From Candidatus Adlerbacteria bacterium GW2011_GWA1_54_10 (GTDB lineage: Bacteria; Patescibacteriota; Minisyncoccia; Phycocordibacterales; SBAW01): a stretch of DNA of 64,000 bases. The DNA lies in NCBI GenBank assembly GCA_001004665.1, contig LCRO01000002.1, positions 27,060 to 91,059 on the forward strand. The letters run 5' to 3'. This document shows positions 9,509 through 19,668 of the stretch, piece after piece. Position 1 is the stretch's first letter. Each line of letters begins with the position of its first letter. The notes beneath the pieces were generated by a model that saw only the letters and a list, made by a program, of their open reading frames with translations, made no database searches and was not told the DNA's origin. Both the position numbers and the translations under genes were made by a program.

Positions 9509-11420
9509 AATTCTTGGAATAGATCTCGGTACCACCAACTCCGCTATGGCCGTCATGCGCGGGGGCGAGCCGCAAATAATAGAGAACTCCGAGGGCGCGC
9601 GCACTACGCCATCCGTCGTGGCGCTGTCCAAAACCGGCGAGCGCCTTGTCGGTCTTATAGCGCGCCGGCAAGCTGTTACAAACCCCAAGAATACGGTTTA
9701 TCAGATAAAACGCTTTATAGGGCATACTTTTGACGAGTCCGGCGTGCAGAAGGACAAGACCGCCGTGCCGTTTGAGATGCGCAAGGCGCAGAATGGCGGG
9801 ATAGAGGTACAGCTTGGCGACCCTTCGACAAGCTCAGGGCAAGGCAATTGGTATCGGCCGGAGGAAGTATCGGCAATGATACTCGGTAAGCTAAAAGCGG
9901 ACGCGGAAAAACGGCTTGGCGAGCCGATAACAGAGGCGGTAGTCACTGTGCCGGCGTACTTTAACGACGCCCAGCGCGCCGCCACCCGCGATGCCGGCAA
10001 AATAGCTGGACTCGACGTAAAACGCATCATAAACGAGCCGACGGCGGCGGCGCTGGCGTACGGCTTTAACAAAAAGAAGGACGAGAAGGTCGTCGTCTTT
10101 GACTTCGGCGGAGGTACGTTCGACATCTCGGTGCTCGAGGTCGTGATGGCCGGCGATCAGGAGGGATCCATCGAGGTGCGTTCGACCGATGGCGACGCAC
10201 ATCTCGGCGGGAAGGACATTGATCAGAAAATAATAGACTGGCTCGCCACGGAGTTCCAGAAGGAAAGCGGAATAGATGTGCGGGGCGACGCCTTGGCGCG
10301 CCAGAGGCTCGATGAGGCCGCCGAAAAGGCCAAAATAGAGCTTTCGACCGCACTCGACACCGAGATAAATATTCCATTTATCACTTCCGACGCATCCGGG
10401 CCTAGGCACTTGCTTATAAAAATGACGCGAGCCAAGCTCGAGGAGCTTGCGGGCGAGTTTATTGAGCGGGCGATGGCGATAACGAAACGCGCCATGGAAG
10501 CATCGCCCTTCAAAATAAGCGACATACACGAGATAATTCTGGTTGGCGGGCAAACTCGCATGCCGGCCCTGCAACAGCAAGTAGAGAAATTTTTCGACAA
10601 AAAGGCTAATCTCTCGGTAAATCCAGACGAGGTTGTGGCAATAGGCGCTGCGATACAGGGAGGAATCATGGGCGGCGAAGTGCGCGATGTTTTGCTTCTT
10701 GACGTCATTCCGCTATCGTTAGGCATCGAGACCATGGGCGGCGTTTCGACAAGGCTTATCGAGCGCAACACGACCATCCCGACCAGTCGCTCGCAGATAT
10801 TCTCAACCGCCGCCGACAACCAGACTTCGGTCGAGATACATATTACGCAAGGGGAGCGCACGATGGCGTCGGACAACAAGTCGCTCGGGCGTTTTGTTCT
10901 CGACGGCATACCGCCCGCACCGCGCGGCATGCCACAGGTCGAAGTTATGTTCGACATAGACGCCAACGGCATTCTTACAGTCAAGGCGAAGGACAAGGCG
11001 ACAAACAAAGAACAGAGTATCCGCATTGAGGGCTCTTCCGGCCTTAGCGAGCAGGATATCGAAAGGATGAAAAAGGATGCCGAGGCGAATGCCGAGGCTG
11101 ACAAGAAAAAAGCCGAACTCGCCGAGGTGCACAATACTGCCGACCAGAGCGTTTACGCGGCGCGCAAAGCTTTGGCCGATAACAAAGACAAAATTCCGGT
11201 CGACCTCGAGAAAACCATAAACGAGAAGATTACTGTGGTGGAGTCTAAAAAAATCTCCGATAACGTTGCAGAGATAAAGTCTACTACCGAAGACTTGGCA
11301 AAAGAATTGTCAAAGGTTTACGAGGCTATGCAGAAAAACAATCCGCCAGCCGGCGGACCTTCGCCCGGCAATGAGCCCGGCCAGCAAAGCGCCCCTAAAG
11401 ACAGTCCTGAACAAAAATAA
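9501..11420 (+). CDS. dnaK: molecular chaperone DnaK (Hsp70)
   Basis: [18 protein letters not shown]...; [14 protein letters not shown]; full-length Hsp70 with C-terminal lid. Likely start is ATG 9501, overlapping the grpE stop by 8 nt. Confidence 0.95.
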   Translation: MAKILGIDLGTTNSAMAVMRGGEPQIIENSEGARTTPSVVALSKTGERLVGLIARRQAVTNPKNTVYQIKRFIGHTFDESGVQKDKTAVPFEMRKAQNGGIEVQLGDPSTSSGQGNWYRPEEVSAMILGKLKADAEKRLGEPITEAVVTVPAYFNDAQRAATRDAGKIAGLDVKRIINEPTAAALAYGFNKKKDEKVVVFDFGGGTFDISVLEVVMAGDQEGSIEVRSTDGDAHLGGKDIDQKIIDWLATEFQKESGIDVRGDALARQRLDEAAEKAKIELSTALDTEINIPFITSDASGPRHLLIKMTRAKLEELAGEFIERAMAITKRAMEASPFKISDIHEIILVGGQTRMPALQQQVEKFFDKKANLSVNPDEVVAIGAAIQGGIMGGEVRDVLLLDVIPLSLGIETMGGVSTRLIERNTTIPTSRSQIFSTAADNQTSVEIHITQGERTMASDNKSLGRFVLDGIPPAPRGMPQVEVMFDIDANGILTVKAKDKATNKEQSIRIEGSSGLSEQDIERMKKDAEANAEADKKKAELAEVHNTADQSVYAARKALADNKDKIPVDLEKTINEKITVVESKKISDNVAEIKSTTEDLAKELSKVYEAMQKNNPPAGGPSPGNEPGQQSAPKDSPEQK

Positions 11421-11431
11421 ATTAAACCTTA

Positions 11432-11469
11432 AACCGCTGGCTTCAAAACACCAGTGGTTTTTATTTTTG
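11432..11469 (+). terminator. rho-independent terminator after dnaK
   Basis: AACCGCUGG-(10-nt loop)-CCAGUGGUU, a 9-bp stem with one G-U pair, followed by TTTTTATTTTTG. Confidence 0.6.
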
Positions 11470-11492
11470 TCAAATCGTGGTAAAGTAAGAAA

Positions 11493-13367
11493 ATGAAGGG
11501 AGATCCGATCAAAATTACTTCGGTTAAAAGCGTCTTGCGCGTATATTTGCGAGCTGTTTCGCGTTACCCGTGGATGGTTCTGCTTGTTCTTGTCGGCACC
11601 GTTTTGATGCAGACGGCAAATGTTGCGGCGCCGCTCTATATGCGGCAGCTGTTCAACATACTCGCGCGCAGCGCGCCCAGCGCGGATGTTATGCCGCAGA
11701 TTTTCGGCATTATCGCCATGATTGCGCTGTGGTGGGGAGTGCTTTGGCTCTCCAACCGCCTGGAACACTTCACCAATTTACGCCTCATCTCGCGGGTTAT
11801 GGCCGATCTTATAGGTAAGGCGTTTGGGTATCTTATAGAGCATTCCTATAACTTTTTTATTTCAAATTTTGCCGGCTCGCTTACGCACAAAGTAAATAAG
11901 TTTACGCGATCCTTCCAGACGATGTATGAAAGCATTTTCATGACTTTTTTCCCGTCTCTTTTGTTTGTGCTGGGTGCCGTCACGGTTTTGTATCTGCGCC
12001 ACCCTTTGCTCGGTGTTGCGTTGGGACTCTGGGTCGCATTTTTTATTTTGTTCCAGATCTGGGTAACGAATATGCGCCAGCCGCTGCGCCGAGTGCGGGC
12101 CGAGGCCGATACGCAAATTACCGCGACACTGGCTGACGCTATATCAAACCAGTCAACCATTCAACTTTTTTCCGGCGGGCGGCACGAGCGTGGGCGATTC
12201 GGAAGTGTCGTGGAAACATGGCGCAAGGCTGGCGTGCGCTCGTGGACCGCGGACGCCTACATTTGGTCCGGTATAGGGCTTCTAATGATGGGCGTCGAGA
12301 TAGGCTTGCTCTATGCCGCCGTGCTTTTGTGGCAGCAAGGATTGCTTGCGGTGGGCGACTTTGTGCTGATACAGGCGTACTTGCTTACGCTTTTTGAGCG
12401 CCTTGTCACTATACAAAACGATTTGCGGCGGTTCTTTGACGCATTCGCTGATGCAGGAGAGATGGTAGGCATTTTAGAAAAAATGCACGAGGTTAAAGAC
12501 AAACACGGGGCGACGGAGCTCAAGGTTGCAAGTGGCGAGATTTGGTTCGACGACGTGACGTTCGGCTTCCATCTTGACCCTATACTTAAAAATTTTAATC
12601 TCAAAATCGCGGGTGGCGAGCGCGTGGCGCTCGTGGGACCCTCGGGCGCCGGCAAGACAACCGTGACCAAACTTCTCCTGCGCCTGTATGACGTCAAATG
12701 GGGCGAAATAAAAATAGACGGTCAGAATATCGCGGAAGTTACGCAGGAGAGCTTGCGCAACGCAATCGCATTCGTGCCGCAGGAACCCGTGCTCTTCCAC
12801 AGAACACTAATGGATAACATTCGCTACGGCCGCCGCGACGCCAGCGATGCGGAAGTGATAGAAGCGGCCAAGAAAGCCCACTGCCACGAATTTATCAAGA
12901 AGCTCCCACAGGGCTACGGCACATATGTCGGCGAGCGAGGAATAAAGCTTAGTGGCGGCGAGCGCCAGCGCGTCGCCATAGCCCGCGCGATACTTAAGAG
13001 CGCGCCTGTCCTTGTTTTGGATGAGGCTACTTCCAGCCTTGACTCGGAGTCCGAGGCTTTTATACAAGACGCACTGGCAAACCTTATGAGCGGCAAGACC
13101 GTGCTTGTCATCGCGCACCGGCTCTCCACGATAATGAAAATGGACAGAATAATCGTGATGGAGGAGGGCAGGGTAGTGGCAGAGGGCACGCATCTCCAAT
13201 TGGTCAACCAAAAAGGCCTGTATCAAAAACTGTGGAGTATTCAGGCAGGAGGCTTTATCGGACAGGACAATAAAAAATATAAAAAAATCGGCGGCGGAGA
13301 GGAGGATGAAAAACCCATGGAGTCGCCGTATATGGACGACATTGCGGAAGAAGAAGAAGAGAAGTAG
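11493..13367 (+). CDS. ABC exporter, fused permease/ATP-binding protein (MsbA-type, 6 TM + NBD) with an acidic C-terminal tail
   Basis: N-terminal TM helices. Walker A GPSGAGKTT, signature LSGGERQRVAIARA, Walker B VLVLDEATS. Tail DDIAEEEEEK. Extended -10 TGGTAAAGT 6 nt before ATG. Confidence 0.9.
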   Translation: MKGDPIKITSVKSVLRVYLRAVSRYPWMVLLVLVGTVLMQTANVAAPLYMRQLFNILARSAPSADVMPQIFGIIAMIALWWGVLWLSNRLEHFTNLRLISRVMADLIGKAFGYLIEHSYNFFISNFAGSLTHKVNKFTRSFQTMYESIFMTFFPSLLFVLGAVTVLYLRHPLLGVALGLWVAFFILFQIWVTNMRQPLRRVRAEADTQITATLADAISNQSTIQLFSGGRHERGRFGSVVETWRKAGVRSWTADAYIWSGIGLLMMGVEIGLLYAAVLLWQQGLLAVGDFVLIQAYLLTLFERLVTIQNDLRRFFDAFADAGEMVGILEKMHEVKDKHGATELKVASGEIWFDDVTFGFHLDPILKNFNLKIAGGERVALVGPSGAGKTTVTKLLLRLYDVKWGEIKIDGQNIAEVTQESLRNAIAFVPQEPVLFHRTLMDNIRYGRRDASDAEVIEAAKKAHCHEFIKKLPQGYGTYVGERGIKLSGGERQRVAIARAILKSAPVLVLDEATSSLDSESEAFIQDALANLMSGKTVLVIAHRLSTIMKMDRIIVMEEGRVVAEGTHLQLVNQKGLYQKLWSIQAGGFIGQDNKKYKKIGGGEEDEKPMESPYMDDIAEEEEEK

Positions 13368-13381
13368 AATAAAAAGCAAAT

Positions 13382-14470
13382 ATGGCTGGTAAAAAAGACT
13401 ATTACGAAGTGCTGGGCATCGGCAAAAACGCAACGAAGGAAGAAGTAAAGAAAGCCTTCCACAAACTCGCCCATAAGTACCACCCGGACAAGAACGGAAG
13501 CGGCGATTCTGAAAAATTTAAAGAAGCGAGCGAAGCATACTCTATCCTCTCGGACGACAAAAAGCGCGCCGAGTACGACAGCTACGGCAGGGTGTTCGGC
13601 GGCGGCGGGCCTGGCTTCCAGGGCGCCGGTCCAGGATTCGACTTCTCTCAATATCAAGATGCGTTCTCCGGCTTCGACGGAGGGTTCGGTTTTGACATGG
13701 GCGATATCTTTTCCGACTTTTTTGCAGGGCAAACGGGCACGCGCACTCGCCGCGGGCGCGATATTTCCATAGACCTTGAAATAAGCTTCAAAGACTCTGT
13801 GTTCGGTACCAAGCGGTCCGTACTGCTCGCCAAAACTTCCGTTTGCGAGGCATGCCAGGGCACGGGAGCGGTGATGGGGACGCAAATGGAGACGTGCAAG
13901 CATTGCAACGGCGCGGGCAAGGTGCACGAGACACAAAATTCGTTCTTCGGCACCATAACCATGGTTCAGCCCTGCCGGCACTGCAAAGGCGCCGGCAAAA
14001 TACCGAAGGAAAAGTGTCACACCTGCCGCGGCGATGGAGTTTATAAAAAACAGGAGGAAATCGAAATATCGGTCCCGGCCGGCATTGAGGGCGGCGAGAT
14101 GATAAGACTGGCTGGAATGGGCGAGGCGATTTCAGGCGGGCAGTCGGGCGACTTGTACGTAAAAGTGCACGTGGCGCCTGACCCGCGCTTCAAAAAAGAC
14201 GGGCCCAATTTGGTAACCGAGCTTTCAATCAAGCTCTCGGATGCTCTGCTCGGCACAGGCTATAAGCTACAGACCTTGGAAGGCGAGGAGGAAATAGATA
14301 TTCCTGCCGGCATCTCGCATGGCGAGACTTTGCGCCTTAAGGGCAAGGGCGTACCGATAGCGCGCGGCAAGCGCGGCGATTTGGTCGTTAAAATCAAAAT
14401 CACGCTCCCCAACAAACTCTCCCGTAGTGCTCGCAATCTCGTCGAAAAACTCCGCGAAGAGGGTATTTAA
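13382..14470 (+). CDS. dnaJ: molecular chaperone DnaJ
   Basis: J-domain [36 protein letters not shown]-rich region. Four CxxCxGxG zinc-finger repeats ([32 protein letters not shown]). Confidence 0.95.
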   Translation: MAGKKDYYEVLGIGKNATKEEVKKAFHKLAHKYHPDKNGSGDSEKFKEASEAYSILSDDKKRAEYDSYGRVFGGGGPGFQGAGPGFDFSQYQDAFSGFDGGFGFDMGDIFSDFFAGQTGTRTRRGRDISIDLEISFKDSVFGTKRSVLLAKTSVCEACQGTGAVMGTQMETCKHCNGAGKVHETQNSFFGTITMVQPCRHCKGAGKIPKEKCHTCRGDGVYKKQEEIEISVPAGIEGGEMIRLAGMGEAISGGQSGDLYVKVHVAPDPRFKKDGPNLVTELSIKLSDALLGTGYKLQTLEGEEEIDIPAGISHGETLRLKGKGVPIARGKRGDLVVKIKITLPNKLSRSARNLVEKLREEGI

Positions 14471-14482
14471 ATTTAATTCTGG

Positions 14483-14509
14483 AACCGTCTGAAAAGCAGG
14501 CGGTTTTCT
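14483..14509 (+). terminator. putative rho-independent terminator after dnaJ
   Basis: AACCGUCUG-AAAAG-CAGGCGGUU stem (one G-U pair) followed by TTTTCTG. Confidence 0.5.
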
Positions 14510-14524
14510 GATATTATAGACTTC

Positions 14525-15469
14525 ATGGAGGCGAAAAAACGGCTTTTTACGGGGCTTCAGCCGTCGGGGCAATTGCATATTGGGAATTATTTTGGCGCAC
14601 TTAAGCCGTTTGCGGACATATACGACAAGCACGAAAGTTTTTTAATGGTAGCGGACTATCACGCGCTCACAAGTCTCAAGGACCCGGTGCGATTGCGTGA
14701 GGGAATAATTGATGTCGTTAAGAATTATGTAGCGGCCGGAGTTGATCCGCAGAAAGCCGTAATCTTCAAACAATCCGATATTCAGGAACACACGGAGCTT
14801 GCGTGGATTTTTGAATGTCTTGTTACCGTGCCATTCCTCATGCAGGCGCACGCGTACAAAGACAAGGTTGTTAAAGGACTCGAAGCGAATGCCGGGCTCT
14901 TTAACTACCCGATGCTCATGGCGGCGGATATTCTTTTGTATGATACGGATGTCGTGCCGGTTGGTGAGGACCAGCGACAGCATGTCGAATACGCGCGCGA
15001 GGCGGCGGCAAAATTCAATTTGGGTTTCGGACAAACTTTTAAGGAGCCACAAGAAAAAATTCTGACAGGCATTGGCACTGTGCCGGGAATAGACGGCAAA
15101 AAAATGAGCAAAAGTTACGGAAATACTATTCCGCTCTTCGGCAGTAAGGACGAAATATCTAAAGCAGTGATGAACATCGTTACGGATTCCTCTGGCGAGC
15201 GACCGGCCATTGTCTACGCGATACATAAACTGTTCCGTACCGATGTCGAGCTAGAGCCTCTATACGACACCAACAAGGGCAACTACAAAGCACTTAAAGA
15301 AGCGCTGGTCGAGGATATTGAAAAGTTTATTGCCCCGATGCGCGAGCGGCGCACAAACATCAGCGACGAGGAAGTTAAAAATATTTTGCAGGACGGCGCC
15401 GACAAAGCCCGCGCCGTCGCCTCTTCGAAAATGCGAGAAGTCCGACAAAAAGTTGGAGTAGCATTGTGA
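14525..15469 (+). CDS. trpS: tryptophanyl-tRNA synthetase
   Basis: GLQPSGQLHIGNYFGA (HIGH-type motif); KMSKSYGNTI (KMSKS). 314 aa. TATTAT 7 nt upstream of ATG. Confidence 0.9.
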   Translation: MEAKKRLFTGLQPSGQLHIGNYFGALKPFADIYDKHESFLMVADYHALTSLKDPVRLREGIIDVVKNYVAAGVDPQKAVIFKQSDIQEHTELAWIFECLVTVPFLMQAHAYKDKVVKGLEANAGLFNYPMLMAADILLYDTDVVPVGEDQRQHVEYAREAAAKFNLGFGQTFKEPQEKILTGIGTVPGIDGKKMSKSYGNTIPLFGSKDEISKAVMNIVTDSSGERPAIVYAIHKLFRTDVELEPLYDTNKGNYKALKEALVEDIEKFIAPMRERRTNISDEEVKNILQDGADKARAVASSKMREVRQKVGVAL

Positions 15470-15470
15470 T

Positions 15471-16728
15471 ATGCCAAGAACATTAATCGCAGACCTGAAT
15501 AAAAAAATCGGAGAACACGTTAAAGTCTCCGGGTGGGTATCGGTCCGGCGCGACCAGGGGAAAATGGTGTTTTTTGACCTGCGCGACCGCTCGGGCATGG
15601 TGCAAGGAGTCGTTTTGCCAAATGAGGAGATTGCGATGGCGGTCGCCAAAGATGTGCGCGCCGAGTACGTAGTCTCGGCGAGCGGTATCGTAAACAAGCG
15701 GCCGGAAAAAAATATCAATCAAGGAATTATGAACGGCAATCTCGAGCTTCAGATACAGGCGCTCGAGATTTTGGCGGAGTCTGAAATTCCATTCGAGCTT
15801 GGGAGCGAAGTCAATCTCGACACGTACCTCGACCACTTGCCTTATACGCTACGCAGCCAGCGCGCCAAAGATATTTTTAAGGTGCAGGAGACGATCATCA
15901 CTGCCTTTCGCGCCTCGTTGCACTCGCAAGACTTCACCGAGTTCCAAGCGCCGGCGCTCACCGGCGGCGACGCCGAAGGCGGCGCCGCCGCGTTCGAAGT
16001 CAAATATTTATACGATCAAAAGGCCTTCCTTGCCACCTCCCCGCAGTTTTATAAGCAGATTATGGTGGGATCCTTCGAGCGGGTCTTCAGCACGCCGCAA
16101 GTATTCCGCGGCGAAAAGCACGCTACGACGCGGCATCTCACCGAATATACCTCGCTCGACTTTGAGATGGGATTTATACAGGACCATCGCGATGTCATGC
16201 AAGTACTCGAAAACGCAATGCGTGCCGTTGTCCTTGCGGTAGGGGAGAATCACCAAAGCGCGCTTGCGCGTTTTGATACATCTCTTCCACTTTTACCAAA
16301 TGGAAAATTCCCATCCGTAAAGCTCGTCGAAGCACAAAACATTTTGGGCGTTTCGCACGAGCCCGACCTCGAGCCCGAACACGAGCGCGCCCTGTGCGAT
16401 TGGTCGGCGAAAGAGCACGGAAGCGATTTTATATTCGTTACGCATTATCCGATCTCTAAACGCCCGTTTTATACCTGCGAAGATGAGGAAGACACACAAC
16501 TACGACGAGCTGGTGGAGCGTATCAAAGCCAAAAACCTTGACCCGCAAAAATTCGTCTATTATCTGCAAGCATTTAAAGCTGGCATGCCTCCGCACGGCG
16601 GCACGGGGACCGGCCTCGAGCGCTTGACCGCGCGTATGCTGAACCTCCCTAACGTCAAAGAAGCGACGCTCTTCCCCCGCGACATCAACCGCATAGATAC
16701 CCTGCTTTCTACCGACAAAAAAGAATAA
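15471..16728 (+). pseudogene. aspS: aspartyl-tRNA synthetase, archaeal/eukaryal type, disrupted by a +1 frameshift plus loss of about 22-25 codons covering the conserved DLLxxGxExxxGxQR segment. Either a pseudogene or an assembly/sequencing error
   Basis: Frame A (15471-16541): OB-fold and class II core up to FVTHYPISKRPFYT, then CEDEEDTQLRRAGGAYQSQKP and a stop. Frame B (16483-16728): HNYDELVERIKAKNLDPQKFVYYLQAFKAGMPPHGGTGTGLERL...LFPRD (motif 3). Combined length is about 437 aa. No frame encodes the missing motif. Confidence 0.7.
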
Positions 16729-16862
16729 ATGAATGCTCCATTGTCAAAGTTATCCACAGAAAAATCTGCGAAGGTCAGACCTTCGCAAATGAAAGGTTAA
16801 TGCTACTTGTTTAACAATTTGTCAAGCTCGAAAAGTGTTGATTTTTAAGGTATATTTTGAGC

Positions 16863-18338
16863 ATGAAATTTATACCAAAGTCCGGAAAAGGATTTATACG
16901 GGTGCGGTTTGTTGAGGGGACCCTTAATACCTTTACCGGCGAAGAGATGCGGATTGGCACGGGTCAAGGCGAAAAATCAAGGCGACACCTTCCAGGGCTA
17001 AGGAGTCGCCTTTCTCATAAGGCGCCGCCTTTAAACCGGCGCAAGTTGATTTTGTTTTTGCGGAAAGTGATCTCACTAGCCAAGCAAAACAAAATAAAAA
17101 AGCTTGATATTGATTTTAAGGATATTTGTGCGCTCGCGCCGAAAAATATTTCCGACCACGACCTCGGCGCGCTCGCAGGCGAAGCTTTTGTTATGGCCGA
17201 TTATGAATTTGTGCAATACAAGCAAAAACCGAAAGAGGGCTTTAATTTTATCGAGACGGTCGCAGTACGTAACACTTCCGAGGAAGGGAAGCCAGGTTTT
17301 TGGAAGGGACATCAAATAGCGACAGAAGTAAATGAAACTCGAACGCTAGCCAATACGCCCGGCGGCGACATGACGCCTAAAAAACTTGCCGAAGCCGCAA
17401 AAAAAGCAGTCAAGGGTACAAAAATAAAAGTCAAAGTGCTCGGCCGCAAGGAGATGCGGAAGCTCGGCATGGGCGCGGTTTTGGGCATCGCGCAAGGCAG
17501 TATGGAGGAGCCGAAGTTTATCATAATGGAGTATTCCAGAGGTCAAACTTCCGGAAAATTCCAGAGGTCAGACCTCCGGAAACCGGTTGTGCTTATTGGC
17601 AAAGGCGTGACCTTCGACACCGGCGGATTGCAAGTAAAGCCCGGCGACTCGATGTATGAGATGCATATGGACATGTCGGGCGGCGCTGCGGTCATCCACG
17701 CGGTGGCGCTAGCGGCCAAACTCAAAATAAAGGCGAACATAGTCGGGCTCATACCCGCAGTCGAAAATTCGCCGTCGGGGAACGCCGTGCGTCCGGGCGA
17801 TATCCTTAAGTCCCTTTCGGGAAAAACAATAGAAATTTTGCACACCGATGCGGAGGGGCGCGTAATTTTGGCCGACGCCATAACCTATGCCAAGCGATAC
17901 TACCCAGCATGCGTCATTGAAGTCTCGACCTTAACCGGTGCCGCACTTGTAGCCTTGGGTCAGCAAGCCTCCGGCCTTATGACGCCTGATCAGAAATTCG
18001 AAAATTTGATGCGCGAGCTAGGCGAGAAAAGCGGCGATTACGTATGGCCCTTACCGCTGTGGGAGGAGTACGAGGATATGGTCAAGGGGACTTTCGGCGA
18101 CATTCCCAATATCTCGACCGCGGGCAACAGCCGCTACGGAGGAGTCATCGCAGGAGGCATGTTCTTGCGCGAGTTTGCCAAAGAACTGAAATGCCCGTGG
18201 GCGCATCTCGATATTGCGCCGCGCATGACCGCGGCGCCGAACGAATTTCTGGCAAAGGGCGCCGCAGGAGTGCCGGTGCGGCTGTTACTTAAACTGATAG
18301 AACATCATGCGAAGCAAAAGTCCTTTGCGGAGGAGTAG
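16863..18338 (+). CDS. pepA: leucyl aminopeptidase (M17, PepA)
   Basis: NTPGGDMTPKKLAE; VLIGKGVTFDTGGLQVKP; MHMDMSGGAAV; HTDAEGRVILADAITYA. All are M17 catalytic motifs. The ORF-track start at 16857 is TTG, so ATG at 16863 is preferred. Confidence 0.9.
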   Translation: MKFIPKSGKGFIRVRFVEGTLNTFTGEEMRIGTGQGEKSRRHLPGLRSRLSHKAPPLNRRKLILFLRKVISLAKQNKIKKLDIDFKDICALAPKNISDHDLGALAGEAFVMADYEFVQYKQKPKEGFNFIETVAVRNTSEEGKPGFWKGHQIATEVNETRTLANTPGGDMTPKKLAEAAKKAVKGTKIKVKVLGRKEMRKLGMGAVLGIAQGSMEEPKFIIMEYSRGQTSGKFQRSDLRKPVVLIGKGVTFDTGGLQVKPGDSMYEMHMDMSGGAAVIHAVALAAKLKIKANIVGLIPAVENSPSGNAVRPGDILKSLSGKTIEILHTDAEGRVILADAITYAKRYYPACVIEVSTLTGAALVALGQQASGLMTPDQKFENLMRELGEKSGDYVWPLPLWEEYEDMVKGTFGDIPNISTAGNSRYGGVIAGGMFLREFAKELKCPWAHLDIAPRMTAAPNEFLAKGAAGVPVRLLLKLIEHHAKQKSFAEE

Positions 18339-18389
18339 GGGTCGTGTTCATCTCTCCGGAGCAAAGGAGCTTTTGCGAAGCATTTAAGT

Positions 18390-19118
18390 ATGCCAATCAC
18401 GGTAAAAACTAGCGTTTACGAAGGACCGATCGAGGTCCTGCTTGAGCTTATAGAAAAGCGCAAGCTCCTGATAAATGACATCTCTTTGGCGCAAGTTGCG
18501 GACGACTTTATCGCATATGTAAACGGCCAGCCGCACTTGCCCGTCGGCGAAACAGCGGATTTCGTCGCGCTAGCGGCAACACTGCTTCTAATAAAATCCC
18601 GCTCGCTCCTCCCAAGCCTCGCGCTCTCCGACGAGGAGTCCGGCGACATCAAGGAACTTGAGTACCGCCTCGCGGTCTATCAGATCATAAAAGACGTCTC
18701 GCTGAACATCGGGAGGCTTGGTCTTCCGATGTTATACGAAGGTTGCGCGCCGGATGAGGAGACTCTGTTCATCCCTGATTCTTCCGTGACTCCGCAGGCC
18801 CTGCGCGAGGCGGCGCAGGCGCTTATGTTCGGATTCCCGCAAGCGCCAGCCGTGCCAAGAGTCGCGGTCAAAAAAATAATTTCGCTCGAGGAGATGATAG
18901 AGAAAATGGCCGCGCGCATTGAGGGAGCGATACGCATGAGTTTTAGCGAGTTTTCGGGCAAAAAAAAGAAACAGGAGATAATAGTTGGCTTTCTCGCCCT
19001 CCTCGAGCTGGTTAAACGCGGTATAATCAGGGCCTCGCAGGACGGGAGACACGGCGACATTACGCTGGAGTCAGATGTTGTTTCGACACCAAAATATGGA
19101 CCAACGACCAACGACTGA
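18390..19118 (+). CDS. scpA: segregation and condensation protein A
   Basis: MPITVKTSVYEGPIEVLLELIEKRKLLINDISLAQVADDFIAYV, typical ScpA. Confidence 0.85.
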   Translation: MPITVKTSVYEGPIEVLLELIEKRKLLINDISLAQVADDFIAYVNGQPHLPVGETADFVALAATLLLIKSRSLLPSLALSDEESGDIKELEYRLAVYQIIKDVSLNIGRLGLPMLYEGCAPDEETLFIPDSSVTPQALREAAQALMFGFPQAPAVPRVAVKKIISLEEMIEKMAARIEGAIRMSFSEFSGKKKKQEIIVGFLALLELVKRGIIRASQDGRHGDITLESDVVSTPKYGPTTND

Positions 19119-19668
19119 AAATCAACAATTAGCCGGTCAGATCGAGGCATTATTGTTTGCACTCGGGAGACCTCTCTCGCGTGCCGAATTGCAAAAACAT
19201 CTCGACGCCGACGTCGGCCAAATAAACGAGTCTATAGAGCGGCTTCGGCGGCGCGACGGAGGAATAACAGTTGTAGACGACGGAAAAATGCTGGAATTGC
19301 GCACCGGCTCTGATGCGGCGGTTTTGATAGAGCGCGTGCGCAGGGAGGAAAACTCGCGCGAGATAGGGAGGGCGGGTCTCGAGGCGCTGACGGCCGTGCT
19401 TTATCGCGGACCGCTTACGCGCAGCGAAATTGACTTCATCCGCGGCGTCAATTCATCGCAAACCTTGCGCACTCTAACCATGCGCGGGCTGGTGCGCCGC
19501 GTACAGAACCCCAAGGACGAGCGTTCGTACCTGTACGAGCCAACGACCGACCTCTTAGGAACCCTCGGAGTCGCAAGCGCAAAAGATCTACCGGACTGGG
19601 AAAACGTCCGGGAAAAATTACAAAAACTCGAAGATGCATACCGCTCTCGCGCGGAGGAACAACAATGA
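19075..19668 (+). CDS. scpB: segregation and condensation protein B
   Basis: QIEALLFALGRPLSRAELQKHL...GRAGLEALTAVLYRGPLTRSEIDFIRGVNSSQTLRTLTMRGLV (two winged-helix repeats). Start may be the internal ATG at 19096. Confidence 0.85.
   Translation: MLFRHQNMDQRPTTENQQLAGQIEALLFALGRPLSRAELQKHLDADVGQINESIERLRRRDGGITVVDDGKMLELRTGSDAAVLIERVRREENSREIGRAGLEALTAVLYRGPLTRSEIDFIRGVNSSQTLRTLTMRGLVRRVQNPKDERSYLYEPTTDLLGTLGVASAKDLPDWENVREKLQKLEDAYRSRAEEQQ

Noticed and set aside
10223-11134. 303-aa minus-strand ORF inside dnaK (and similar long antisense ORFs inside the ABC exporter, lysK, pbp2, mreB, proS, murA etc.)
   Set aside because: Ser/Ala/Arg-rich low-complexity translations with no family resemblance, wholly overlapping strongly supported genes. 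This is the expected antisense ORF inflation at this GC content.
16819-16856. Possible -35 (TTGTCA) for pepA
   Set aside because: Spacing to the TATATT -10 is 26 nt, so only the -10 and the leaderless spacing are credible. It is not reported as a full promoter feature.
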